NCBI RefSeq assembly: GCF_006345805.1 | Contig: NC_043009.1 | Coordinates: 13,578,001 to 13,642,000 of the forward strand | DNA length: 64,000 nucleotides | Reading direction: 5' to 3' | Source: Octopus sinensis | Lineage: Eukaryota | Shown: in pieces, positions 53,756-64,000 of the stretch | Numbering within the stretch: position 1 is the stretch's first letter | Layout of the letters: every line of letters begins with the position of its first letter | Made by a program: the position numbers and the translations under genes | Notes under the pieces: generated by a model | What the model was told of the DNA's origin: nothing | Database searches by the model: none | The model's input: the letters and a program-made list of their open reading frames with translations, nothing else

Positions 53756-53952
53756 TGCACGCACAAAAGGTTGACGAACAGTGTTGGTTTATTTCAATGA
53801 CTGAGCATTGAAGCAAAATGGAACGATAGAAGAAATATCGGCGTTAATAACAAGTAGTGGGGTTCATTTTTTCGACCAAACACTTAAAAGAGTTTTCCCT
53901 GCACAGTCACGGGAGAATGATTAAGACAAGTACATGATATGTTTATATATAT

Positions 53953-54023
<71 letters not shown>

Positions 54024-54200
54024 ATATACATATATACATACATACATACATACATACATATGTACGTATATATGTATGTGTATGTAAGTAGGTATGTATA
54101 TATATATATATGTATACATATATGTGTGTATATATATATATTCGTATATATATATACATATATATATGTGTGTGTATGTGTGTGTATGTGTGTATCTATA

Positions 54201-54579
54201 CAGGGTGCCTTGGGTAAATTGTCACTGAGTTAAGAGGGTGGCTGTTGGAAGACATTATGTCTGGCAACAGGAATGAGGACCATGCCACACATGCAGGATA
54301 ATCCAGTCATGGCTGTCAGACAATTTCTGCGACCACATCAGCTCTGACATCTGGCCACTTAACTCCCCATACTACAACTAGAAGAGTTGCAGGAGATCCC
54401 GAAATTGACTGAAGGCTGTTATTGAAGCCAATGGCGATTTTATTGAATAAATTTACTCTTTAGTATATGAAGGTATTTCTATGTAATCTTGGTAAATATT
54501 GATATATCTGTTAAAATGAGATACCAGTGTCCTTTTCAATTTTGAGTAATTTAGACGACAATTTAGTCATCGCTCCCTA
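54201..54579 (+). mobile_element. Internally deleted Tc1/mariner (DD37D/maT-like) element
   Basis: Imperfect TIR CAGGGTGCC..TAAATTGTC, TA flanks; residual QSWLSDNFCDH..IWPLNSP and KAVIEANGDFIE*. Confidence 0.78.
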
Positions 54580-54589
54580 TATATATATA

Positions 54590-54925
54590 GGCGCATGGCT
54601 CAGTGGTTAGAGCGTCGAGCTTACGATCGTGAGGTTGTGAGCTCGAATCCCGGACCGGGCTGCGTGTTGTGTTCTTGAGCAAGGCACTTTATTTCACGTT
54701 GCTCCAATTCACTCAGCTGTAGAAATGAGTTGCGACGTCACTGGCGCCAAGCTGTATCGACCTTTGTCTTTCCCTTGGATAACACTGGTGATGTGGAGAG
54801 AGGAGGCTGGTATGCATGGGCTACTGCTGGTCTTCCATAAACAACCTTGCCCAGACTTGTGTCTAGGAGGGTAACTTTCTAGGTGCAATCCCATGGTCAT
54901 TCATGACCGAAGGGGGTCTCTACCC

Positions 54926-54929
<4 letters not shown>
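54590..54929 (+). mobile_element. tRNA-derived SINE (same family as 7177-7512)
   Basis: A box TGGCTCAGTGG, B box GCTCGAATCCC; direct homology. Confidence 0.92.
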
Positions 54930-54976
<47 letters not shown>

Positions 54977-55207
54977 ATAAGATCGTTAATTTAAAATAAA
55001 ATAGCGAACTTATCAAGTGGCCAGCATAGACAAAAATAACCTTCTAAGGTAATAATTATTAAAATTATAAATTAAGGTATTTACGAGATACCACCATGCT
55101 GAAAATAGTAGTCATGAACCGACTCTAAAACCACCTTAAGTTTCCATATAGCAACATGGAGAAAAGACAAAGAGACAAGATGAAACTAATAAACAATTAC
55201 TGGATAG

Positions 55208-55264
55208 TTCTAGATCCCGGATTTCTGAATTTGCTTTTAGACATGCTTTGCCTCGTCAGTAGAA
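55208..55264 (-). ncRNA. Type-I hammerhead fold E, stem II decayed
   Basis: UUCUA CUGACGA [27 nt, poorly paired] GAAA UCC-G-GGA UC^ UAGAA; followed by ~240 nt ending in (TA)n at ~54972. Confidence 0.58.
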
Positions 55265-55284
55265 TACACTCAGAAAGGCAAGAA

Positions 55285-56280
55285 TGCAATGGAAAGTGCG
55301 AAGAGTATTAATACAGTATATGGGGATCGGACAATATGCGTAAGCCAGTGTGAACAGTGGTTCCAGAAGTTTCATAACGCACAACCGTGCCATATTGTTG
55401 TTCAACTGTTGCTAAATTATTTATTCTTTATTTTCAAATATAATATTAATTCTTTATTCCATATTCTACATTTCTGATAATGTGTGGCGACAAATTTGCG
55501 AATAGTGTCATTTTACGTTACCTGTGGAGAAAAAGAGAGAGTGCAAGGACAGCGCAAAAGAAAATAATGATTCAGAATACCCAGGAACTGTCAACAATCA
55601 TGTGGCACAAAAATGGTTTAGGCTTAGGCATTCCAAGGAAGACGACACCAACCTCGAAGACAAACCAATGTCAAGGAGACCTTTTTGTTGAAGATGAGGC
55701 CTTGTTCGATATGCACAAGCACTCCGTCATCGTCGGCAGAATTTTGTCCTTCACAAAGCACCATCACTCAACTCTCACATAAACTCATCCTTTTGAACAG
55801 TTGCTATCGAGAAACCCCTCATGAACTGACTAAGGATCAAGCTCAGTGACGTGTGGTCGTTTGCAAACAAGTACTGGGAAATCTTCGACATGACCACCTT
55901 TGACATCGAATTGTAACTGGGAATGTCAACGGTGTATTTGAATAATCCCAATATGAGAAGTTAGTGGCTTCTCCTAGCCAGACTTCAGAACCTGTTGTTA
56001 CACAAGACAGTTTGAACGGAAGATAGTGTGTGATTAGTGGAATTTCAAGAACGCTAACATTTAAACACCAAAATCGCAGCGTGTATATGATGACTTGAGA
56101 GTCTGCTACCCAACATTTGCTATTCCGTTAAGCGCACTCATAAAGAATGACAAAGCTACTGACTCGCTGCCAATGTGATCAAGCGCGAACTTCAGGTAGT
56201 GAAAGTGCTGCTTCATCTTTCCTACAGAGGAGATCTCGCACCATCAGATTACCACCTTTTCCGACCTATGGCACATTTCA
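55285..56280 (+). mobile_element. Mariner relics (two N-terminal starts, decayed catalytic region)
   Basis: MESAKSINTVYG..QCEQWFQKF, then PHELTKDQ..RIVTG and DLAPSDYHLFR. Confidence 0.78.
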
Positions 56281-57229
56281 AATTTAACATTATAAAATGA
56301 GGGTATTTGTTGTCAGGGATTTCTCAGCTTATTTGTACATAGCGCTTGCAGGAATTTGTGAGATACGGTGTTTGGTTCTCCATAGGAATTTGCTGGACGG
56401 TATTTTTCCGTTTTCTAAGAGTATCTACCCGATTTTCTAAGCTGCCTTAATAACCATCCTGCGCTCGAGAATTCCTTTATTTTTTGTACAATATTAGTAT
56501 ACGAAATGTTCTCATTTTTCAGAAGATATTGTTTAGAGTTATAAAAGGACGGTATGTGATCTCAGTGATTGCTTAACTTACTGTTTGAGAGTGCTCAGCT
56601 GCAATTTTAGAAGTACAGGTTTCGATTCTATGTACAGGCTTCTTGGCAATTTTTTCCATTGTCTTCTTAGGATATTTACCCCATTTTTTTAAAGTTATCA
56701 TAGTTCAGTTCATTTTCAGGTCTGCCGGAATTTGCTCGTCATCCTCTACGGATTTGTGGGTGCAGTTCCTTATGTCGGGAGAAGAGAAATAAGTGGAGAA
56801 AAGGATAGGTGCGTGTGTGTACACCGGCACGCGTGTATGTGGGCGTTCAGGTGTGTGGTTTATTGTGCAAGTGTGTGGACTACTGTGCGAGTGTGTGCTT
56901 GTTTGTGCGGTTGAATTGATTCTGTAATTGTATATGTTCGTATGTGTGTGTGAATATGTGAGTGTTCGCTCATGTGTGTGCATGCGATTAAGATGGTTGT
57001 TTGAATAGATAAGCGTTTGCGTGTATCTCTGCGTCTGCGCTTTCTTGTGTGAGTGTATGTGTATGGTTGTGGATTTGAATTATCCCTAATGACATGTATT
57101 ATTTGAACAGATTCATAGCATACCTTACTAGTCGTTCTGACCGCACCTTTATATCTTTCTATACCTGCAGACACAATCTGCTTCCATCCCACACGCACAC
57201 TGACGTACAAAGTGTGTATATATATATAT

Positions 57230-57261
<32 letters not shown>

Positions 57262-57359
57262 TACATCAGGAAAAATGTAAGGTAGAAAATGCTAAAGTAA
57301 TTTTTCATGAAGAATATTTTAGTACCGGTGGACTAAATAAATACCTAAATATATATATA

Positions 57360-57419
<60 letters not shown>

Positions 57420-57434
57420 TACAAAACTATAAAT

Positions 57435-57466
<32 letters not shown>

Positions 57467-57471
57467 ATTAT

Positions 57472-57606
57472 ATGAGGGCTTCTTTCAGGTTTCCTCTAGC
57501 AAATCAACTCACAACGCTATAGTAGAAGACACTGCACGAGATGCCACAAAGTGGGGCTGGACCCGGAACCATATGGTTGGTAAGCTAGCTACTTACCATG
57601 CAGCTA
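57472..57606 (-). mobile_element. 5' half of tRNA-derived SINE
   Basis: Reverse complement aligns to 8181-8345. Confidence 0.8.
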
Positions 57607-57607
57607 T

Positions 57608-57677
<70 letters not shown>

Positions 57678-57709
57678 GTCTGTGTATATATTATATATAA
57701 TATACACAG

Positions 57710-57772
<63 letters not shown>

Positions 57773-57786
57773 TAGCTGCATGGTAA

Positions 57787-57789
<3 letters not shown>
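57590..57789. repeat. 200-bp near-perfect fold-back palindrome
   Basis: TACTTACCATGCAGCTA..(TA)n(TG)n TCTGTGTATATA | ...TATACACAGA (CA)n(TA)n..TAGCTGCATGGTAAGTA. Confidence 0.9.
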
Positions 57790-57823
<34 letters not shown>

Positions 57824-58021
57824 AGAGAGACAGAGAAAGGCAGAAACAAGGAAAATGCCACTTATATTTGAACACTATACAAATATTCTTTTAAAAAACT
57901 TTTTTTAATTTTTCTAAATTTAATTATTTAATCGTTACAGTTGAAAAGTCTCAAATGACTGAAACCCATTCTGAAATGTTTTCTTTATAAAATGATTTTA
58001 GCATTTTCTACCTTGACTTGT

Positions 58022-58055
<34 letters not shown>

Positions 58056-58102
58056 GTGTGTGTGTGTGTATATATAATTATATATATATATATATATATA
58101 TA

Positions 58103-58365
58103 TTCCTTTACTTGTTTCAACCATTTGATTGCGGTCATGCTGGAGCACCATCTTGCAGGGTTTTTGTCAAAGAAATAGACTCCAGGCCTTTGTTTTTAAC
58201 CTAGTACTTATTTTATCTGCTTCTTTAATCCAACAACTAAGTTACGGGACGAAAACACACTGAGGTTATAATAGAAGACGCTTAAATGAGGTGACAGGCA
58301 GTGGGACTGAAACCCGGAATCATGCGGTTGAGAAGCAAACTTCTTACCACACAGCCAAGCCTGTT
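58103..58365 (-). mobile_element. tRNA-derived SINE, internally deleted
   Basis: Head at ~58300-58365; tail GGTGCTCCAGCATGACCGCAATCAAATGGTTGAAACAAGTA at 58109-58149. Confidence 0.82.
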
Positions 58366-58379
58366 ATATATACGTACGT

Positions 58380-58410
58380 ATATATAATCTCTCTCTCACT
58401 AATCTCTCTC

Positions 58411-58483
<73 letters not shown>

Positions 58484-58534
58484 ATATCTATCTATCTACA
58501 TATCTATCTATCTATCTCTCTGCCTGCCTGTCTG

Positions 58535-58603
<69 letters not shown>

Positions 58604-59217
58604 GGAGAGAGAGAGAGATAAATATACAGACAGAAAGACAGGCAGACAGACAGATAACCGTAATAGGTACATGTCATGAAGGGATGCAGCCATCGATTTC
58701 GATTAATTATACGCTTAATGTTATCTGTCCCGTTGGAGATGTTCAGAGAGGGATATAATTTGTCAATATCACAGACTATGAGTGGACCATAGATAGGCCT
58801 ATTGGGAAACTATGCAGGTAAGCACGTTATTCGTCATCAAAGGCGATGTACAAAGAATAAATACCGATAACTAACTACAGCTGGATATCTAGTGCGGTGT
58901 ACGGATTCGATGTATGGTGGGCTTATCAGTTATACATATTTGCACACGCCCGACCACACACACATACGCCCACAGAGACTACAATACATGTATATAATTG
59001 TGAATGCATATATAAGGATAGATAAACTTTCTCTCTCTCTTTCTCTCTCCTTCTCTCGGTCACTCCCTCTCTCTCTCAGACACAAACACACATATGCATT
59101 GATATCTGCACGTAAGTATACGTATATCAATATATACAAATATATATATATATAATATATATATATAAATGCATATATATAGGTATATATATATACACAC
59201 ACATATATGTATGTATG

Positions 59218-59257
<40 letters not shown>

Positions 59258-59292
59258 GCATGTATATAGGTATATATATATATATATACATG

Positions 59293-59324
<32 letters not shown>

Positions 59325-59723
59325 ATATATAAATACATATATATATATATATATGAATACACACGTGCATGTATGTACGTATGTGCACAAGGTATATGTA
59401 TATATATGTGTGTGTGCGTGTGTGTGTGTGCATGCATGTGTGCGTGCATGAGTGTGCGTGATGTGCGTGTGTGTGCGTACGTGTGTTTCGGCAGCAATAA
59501 ATAACAGCTTATGCCAGAGTCTATGGAAACCAATGTTTTGCACATGAAGATCCGGTCAGCTGCTTCTAATCAACACTCAGCAAAGTGAGTAGTGAAGTGT
59601 GTGGTAAACATTTACATATTCCGGTCTTGGGGACTGCAACACTTCATGTAAAATATGTCATTCCTCGAGAACAGTGTCGCTACTATTTACATTGTACAAT
59701 AACAACAACAACACCAGCACCAT

Positions 59724-59800
<77 letters not shown>

Positions 59801-60326
59801 GCTGCTACTACAATTACTACTATACTACTACTAAAACTAATACTACTACTACTAATACTATTACTACTACTACTAGACATGTAATAAAGGTAATGTAAAG
59901 GCGACGTGGGACTGATTTACGTATATTAGATGTAAAGGCTTGGGAAATATTTCAAATAGCATCAATAAAATGATGATAGGGATGCGATACGCATGCCCAC
60001 ACATACACCCCCCCCCCACATATATATATATATATATCGATACGATAGTTATGTGTGAATACTTTCATGGTATATACACATCACATAAATATACGTACAA
60101 ATATACGTATATGTATCTATATACGTATAATAAATACGTATATATATATAATATATATATATAGATATATATAGATACGTGTGTGTGGTGTGTGTGTGTG
60201 AAATGCGGGCATACATATACATGCAAACATATGTGCATGTGTTAAGATATATATATTGATATTTATTACATCATTATCTATACGTCCAGGCATCTACCTT
60301 CACACACGAATACATACATATATGTA

Positions 60327-60374
<48 letters not shown>

Positions 60375-61187
60375 GACGATATATATATATATATATATAA
60401 TATATATATATATACATATATATATGAGTATGTATATATACATATATATATACATTTATATATATATACATATATATATATATACATATATACATATATA
60501 TATATATTCATGGATATATATATGTATACATACATACATATGTGTGTGTGTGTATTTGTATGCTTGCATGTATTAATACCTGTATATATCTATACGTTGG
60601 TAGGTCTATTAGGACAAAGCGTGAGAGACACTTATAATCAGACAACAGAGAGATTGTGAGGGGTTATAGGTGAGTGATCAAACAGAACGTACTAAATAAA
60701 AGACAGATGAACATAGCTTGATGTGTCATTGTTCCTCTCATCTCTCTCCATCAATGAAAACCTGATTATACCTAGCAACTAATACATATTTCACATACTG
60801 TAACTGGACATCATACTGTATACCTCTTTGTAGGTACGCGCATGTGCGTACAAATTTATAGGGATGTACGTATGTATGCATGTATGTATGTATGTTTGAT
60901 TGTAAGTGAATTATTGTGTATTTGCTTTGTGACAATGTGTGAATACAAACACACACACACACACACATACACACACACTCACATACACATACATACATTC
61001 GTGCACGTACATTTTTTTACTAGTGTATGAGTAGATACTGAATTTCATTTAGATGCCTCTCTTACTTTCCAATGTGTGAATGTGTGCATCTTTGTGTGTG
61101 TGTGTGGTTTGAGCGCGTTAAAACCCTATATTATTATCATTGTTGTTGGTATTATTATTACTATTATTATTATTATTATTATTGTTG

Positions 61188-61224
<37 letters not shown>

Positions 61225-61277
61225 CATTATTATTATTATTCTTATTATCATCATCATCATTATTATTATTATTATTG
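58380..61277. repeat. Microsatellite-dominated field: (CTAT)n, (GA)n, (TA)n/(CA)n, (ACT)n, (TAT)n
   Basis: Direct reading; accounts for the low-complexity ORFs here. Confidence 0.9.
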
Positions 61278-61613
61278 AGTGAGCGAGCAGAGCATGCCAT
61301 CAAAGTGACACTGGGGTAAAATATACGAAGCCCAATATACCCATCATGACTACCCGTCTGATAAGGGTACACCAGGCACATGCATCACAACCATATGTGC
61401 GCGACATGGTGATCTCATATTAAGATAAACAGCACATGACCTTGCAGGTGGAGCCCAGTTAGAATTTTCTTCAGATCGAGTAACCCATCCTGCTCAAATG
61501 GTCCCTGAATAAGGGTTGTTTAAGGACGTTGAACGAAACACCCATGTTTCCGGAGGTGAATTATTCAAACCTCAAAGAATCCTTCTCAACACATGGCTAT
61601 GATGCTCCCCCAC

Positions 61614-61615
<2 letters not shown>
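61277..61615 (-). mobile_element. Truncated copy of the 1683-2207 element flanked by (TAA)n on both sides
   Basis: Direct homology to ~1683-1995. Confidence 0.85.
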
Positions 61616-61684
<69 letters not shown>

Positions 61685-62799
61685 ATTATTATTTTTATTA
61701 TTATAATTATTATTATTATTATTATCATTATTATTATTATTATTATTTAGATAATAATATTTGAATATTATTATGTAATATTTTAATGGAATATGAACGG
61801 CAAAGTTAGCATTGAAAGAATAGCTATATGAGATTCTAAAACATATATTAATGTGTATGGATTTGTCAAACACAGAATAGTCTATTATTCATAATTAAAC
61901 AGTTTTAAGGCCCCACCTATCAATTTCACTTTACATTTCTAATGTCATACCTTAACATCCCAGTAAAGACGTGGTAAATATGGGTAGATGAGCCTGAACG
62001 TATTCGGGTATCCTGAAACAACCTTAAAATCTCTCAGGCAACTACGCGCTCTGAATTCCATTGCCGCTAATGCCAACTTCACATTTCATTCTTTCTGGGT
62101 CACAGAAATAAAGTACCAGTTGTACGTGGTGGATTATCAGGATGGTTAGAACGACAGATGTGATGCTTCACCGAATTATTTCCGTCTATTTTTGTTTCAG
62201 CTACTTCAACACTAACAGTCGGTTCTTGGGTGGAGTTAGCAGAGCTGGTAATATTGTAAAGATCAGTCTTAATCTCATGTTTTGAGGATACTCTCCTTTC
62301 ACAATCCAAGAAACCGTGGCGATTTTCCCTAACTAAATGGCAACAGCAACGTGAGCACTGTGATTGAGCAAAGGGCAAGAATCTCAAGCTGGAGCATCTT
62401 TGAACATGTCTACTAAAATACATTTAATGAGAAGTAAATTAACCTCATTCTAAAGATAAATCAGATGGTAGATGGTCAAATGAAGCTTCATAGTGAAATG
62501 AGATTATATGTTACTGTGGAGGAAGTTAATGGAATCTTACAATACTTACATTTTCAAATTAAATACACTTAAGTTTCAATCTTACGATATGCCTCATGAT
62601 CAAATATACATAATTTCATTCCTAATTAAATCAATGCATTCACCTTCTCTGCAAATGAATCTATACTCATGTATGTGGTAGGTACACTGCAGAGTTTTGA
62701 GAATGTTTAGGAAAGGCAGGTATAACTGGCGTAGATTATTAGAATTTTAGAATATCATTACTCTATATCTGCTTATGGATTAACTTGTGTGAGTCGAGG

Positions 62800-63690
62800 A
62801 TCTGTTTTTTTTTGTTTGCCCAAGAGGTTCAAGAACGAACAGTAGAGAGGAGGTGAAAGACAATGAGATGTACATCAGAATATCACAGCTAACTGAGAAA
62901 ATTTTGAATATCCTGGATGAAGACCGTTGTGTGTCTATAAAGATAATAAGCATACAGTTTAGACATGGTGTGTGTTTTGTATATAGAATTATTCATGAAG
63001 ATCTGAAAATGTGCAATGCTCGTTCCCATGGTGCTCAGTGACGAACAGAAATGCATTGGAGACAGCAGGGGGACAGTTGATTATAGCTTATTACCTCAAA
63101 CCCAAGAGCAATTAAGTATCTGTTGACCTGTGACGAAAGCTGTATCTACTGCTCTGATCTACTGTTAAGATCCAGAGGCTAATAGATGGTGTACTCAATG
63201 CAAGCATCAGGGCTTCGTCAAACATAAAATGGTCAGGCAAAGCAAGTCCACTGGGACGCTCATGATGATCCTATTTTCACTCAGCAAAGTATCAACTAAA
63301 TCCATTGGTCTCTCTCTGGCCAGATGGTTAACAAAGAGTACTTTGGGAATTTTTTGTGGGCAGTCAGGAAGAGATTTCGGCTCAAAAGACCAGAACTCTT
63401 CCACTCGGGTCGGTAGCTCCTACACAGGACAATAAAACAATCCACAATTCCATCCTGGTAACCAACTACTTTTCAGAGATGAGTCAAAACCTTAAGCCTT
63501 GTGAGATTATTTGTTCCCAAAGCTGAAGAGTCTGAGAAGCAGTCATGAAGACTTTGAGAAGATATAGGAGTTTGTGACAAGGTTCCCGGACACCCTGTAG
63601 GACTTCCATGGCGCCTTTACAACGTGACTGGTGCGCTAAAACAAGTTCATTGAAGTCAGAGGTTCTTACTTTGAAGGAGATTAAAGATTA
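62800..63690 (+). mobile_element. Old mariner transposase relic
   Basis: DEDRCVSIK..IIHEDLKM, LTCDES, SKSTGTLMMILF, DYLFPKLK, GSYFEGD*. Confidence 0.75.
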
Positions 63691-63699
63691 GATTGCAGC

Positions 63700-64000
63700 C
63701 CGGTCAGCTAGGAGGATACGCGTTTGGGAGAAACTGATCATGAAGATTGGCATGTGCCTGTGCTTGGCTTTTCCTAGCCTTATGAAACAGCGCAGAGTCT
63801 TGTTGGAAGAGGTACGGTCTTCCATAGTGTGAATTTAATATCCAAGTCTTTACAAATTTCTCCATGACCTCTGTATAAACAGCTTCATCGAATATTATGT
63901 CTTGTTGCTGACGACTTCCAGAACCATCATAGTTGCTAGAAACTTAGTATTCATGACAGTTGCAATCTCATTCGTTTCTCTGCATAACCATCAGGTAACA
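63700..64000 (-). mobile_element. DD37D/maT-like transposase relic running off the window edge
   Basis: TVMNTKFLATMMVLEVVSN and GRPYLFQQDSALFHKARKSQ..YPPS*PGCN (degenerate WPPNSPDCNP). Confidence 0.75.

Noticed and set aside
54590-54660. tRNA-like A/B boxes here and at other SINE heads
   Set aside because: They continue into SINE bodies and lack complete cloverleaves; not tRNA genes.
63900-63955. CUGACGA...GAAACUUAGUA on plus strand
   Set aside because: No stem I or II; antisense to a transposase relic. Shows that core words alone occur by chance.

Overview
AT-rich eukaryotic genomic DNA, probably from an octopus (inferred from the SINE repertoire, microsatellite density and mariner content). 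I found no confidently recognisable host protein-coding gene; most listed ORFs are microsatellite translations. The window is a mosaic of microsatellites and decayed mobile elements: three or four tRNA-derived SINE families, R4/Dong-type and HERO-type RLE LINE relics, a CR1/L2-type 3' end, about ten Tc1/mariner copies or derivatives, an AcademX-type transposon relic preceded by an Academ-like MITE with a 4-bp TSD, and Penelope-like element (PLE) ORF relics. The most interesting signal is five type-I hammerhead-ribozyme folds with unrelated flanks (13586-13694 -, 36189-36267 +, 37638-37722 -, 51951-52033 -, 55208-55264 -). Each sits in a PLE-like terminal repeat running into a (TA)-rich tract and has a palindromic or near-palindromic stem III. 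Four have long stem II extensions, and two share a U10.1-U11.1 mismatch. Other notable items: a LINE/SINE shared 3' hairpin with compensatory changes, a 1.33-kb tandem duplication that looks like an assembly artefact, a 200-bp fold-back palindrome, and a CpG-rich promoter/first-exon candidate at 47.3-47.9 kb. All calls were made by eye; no searches or folding programs were run.
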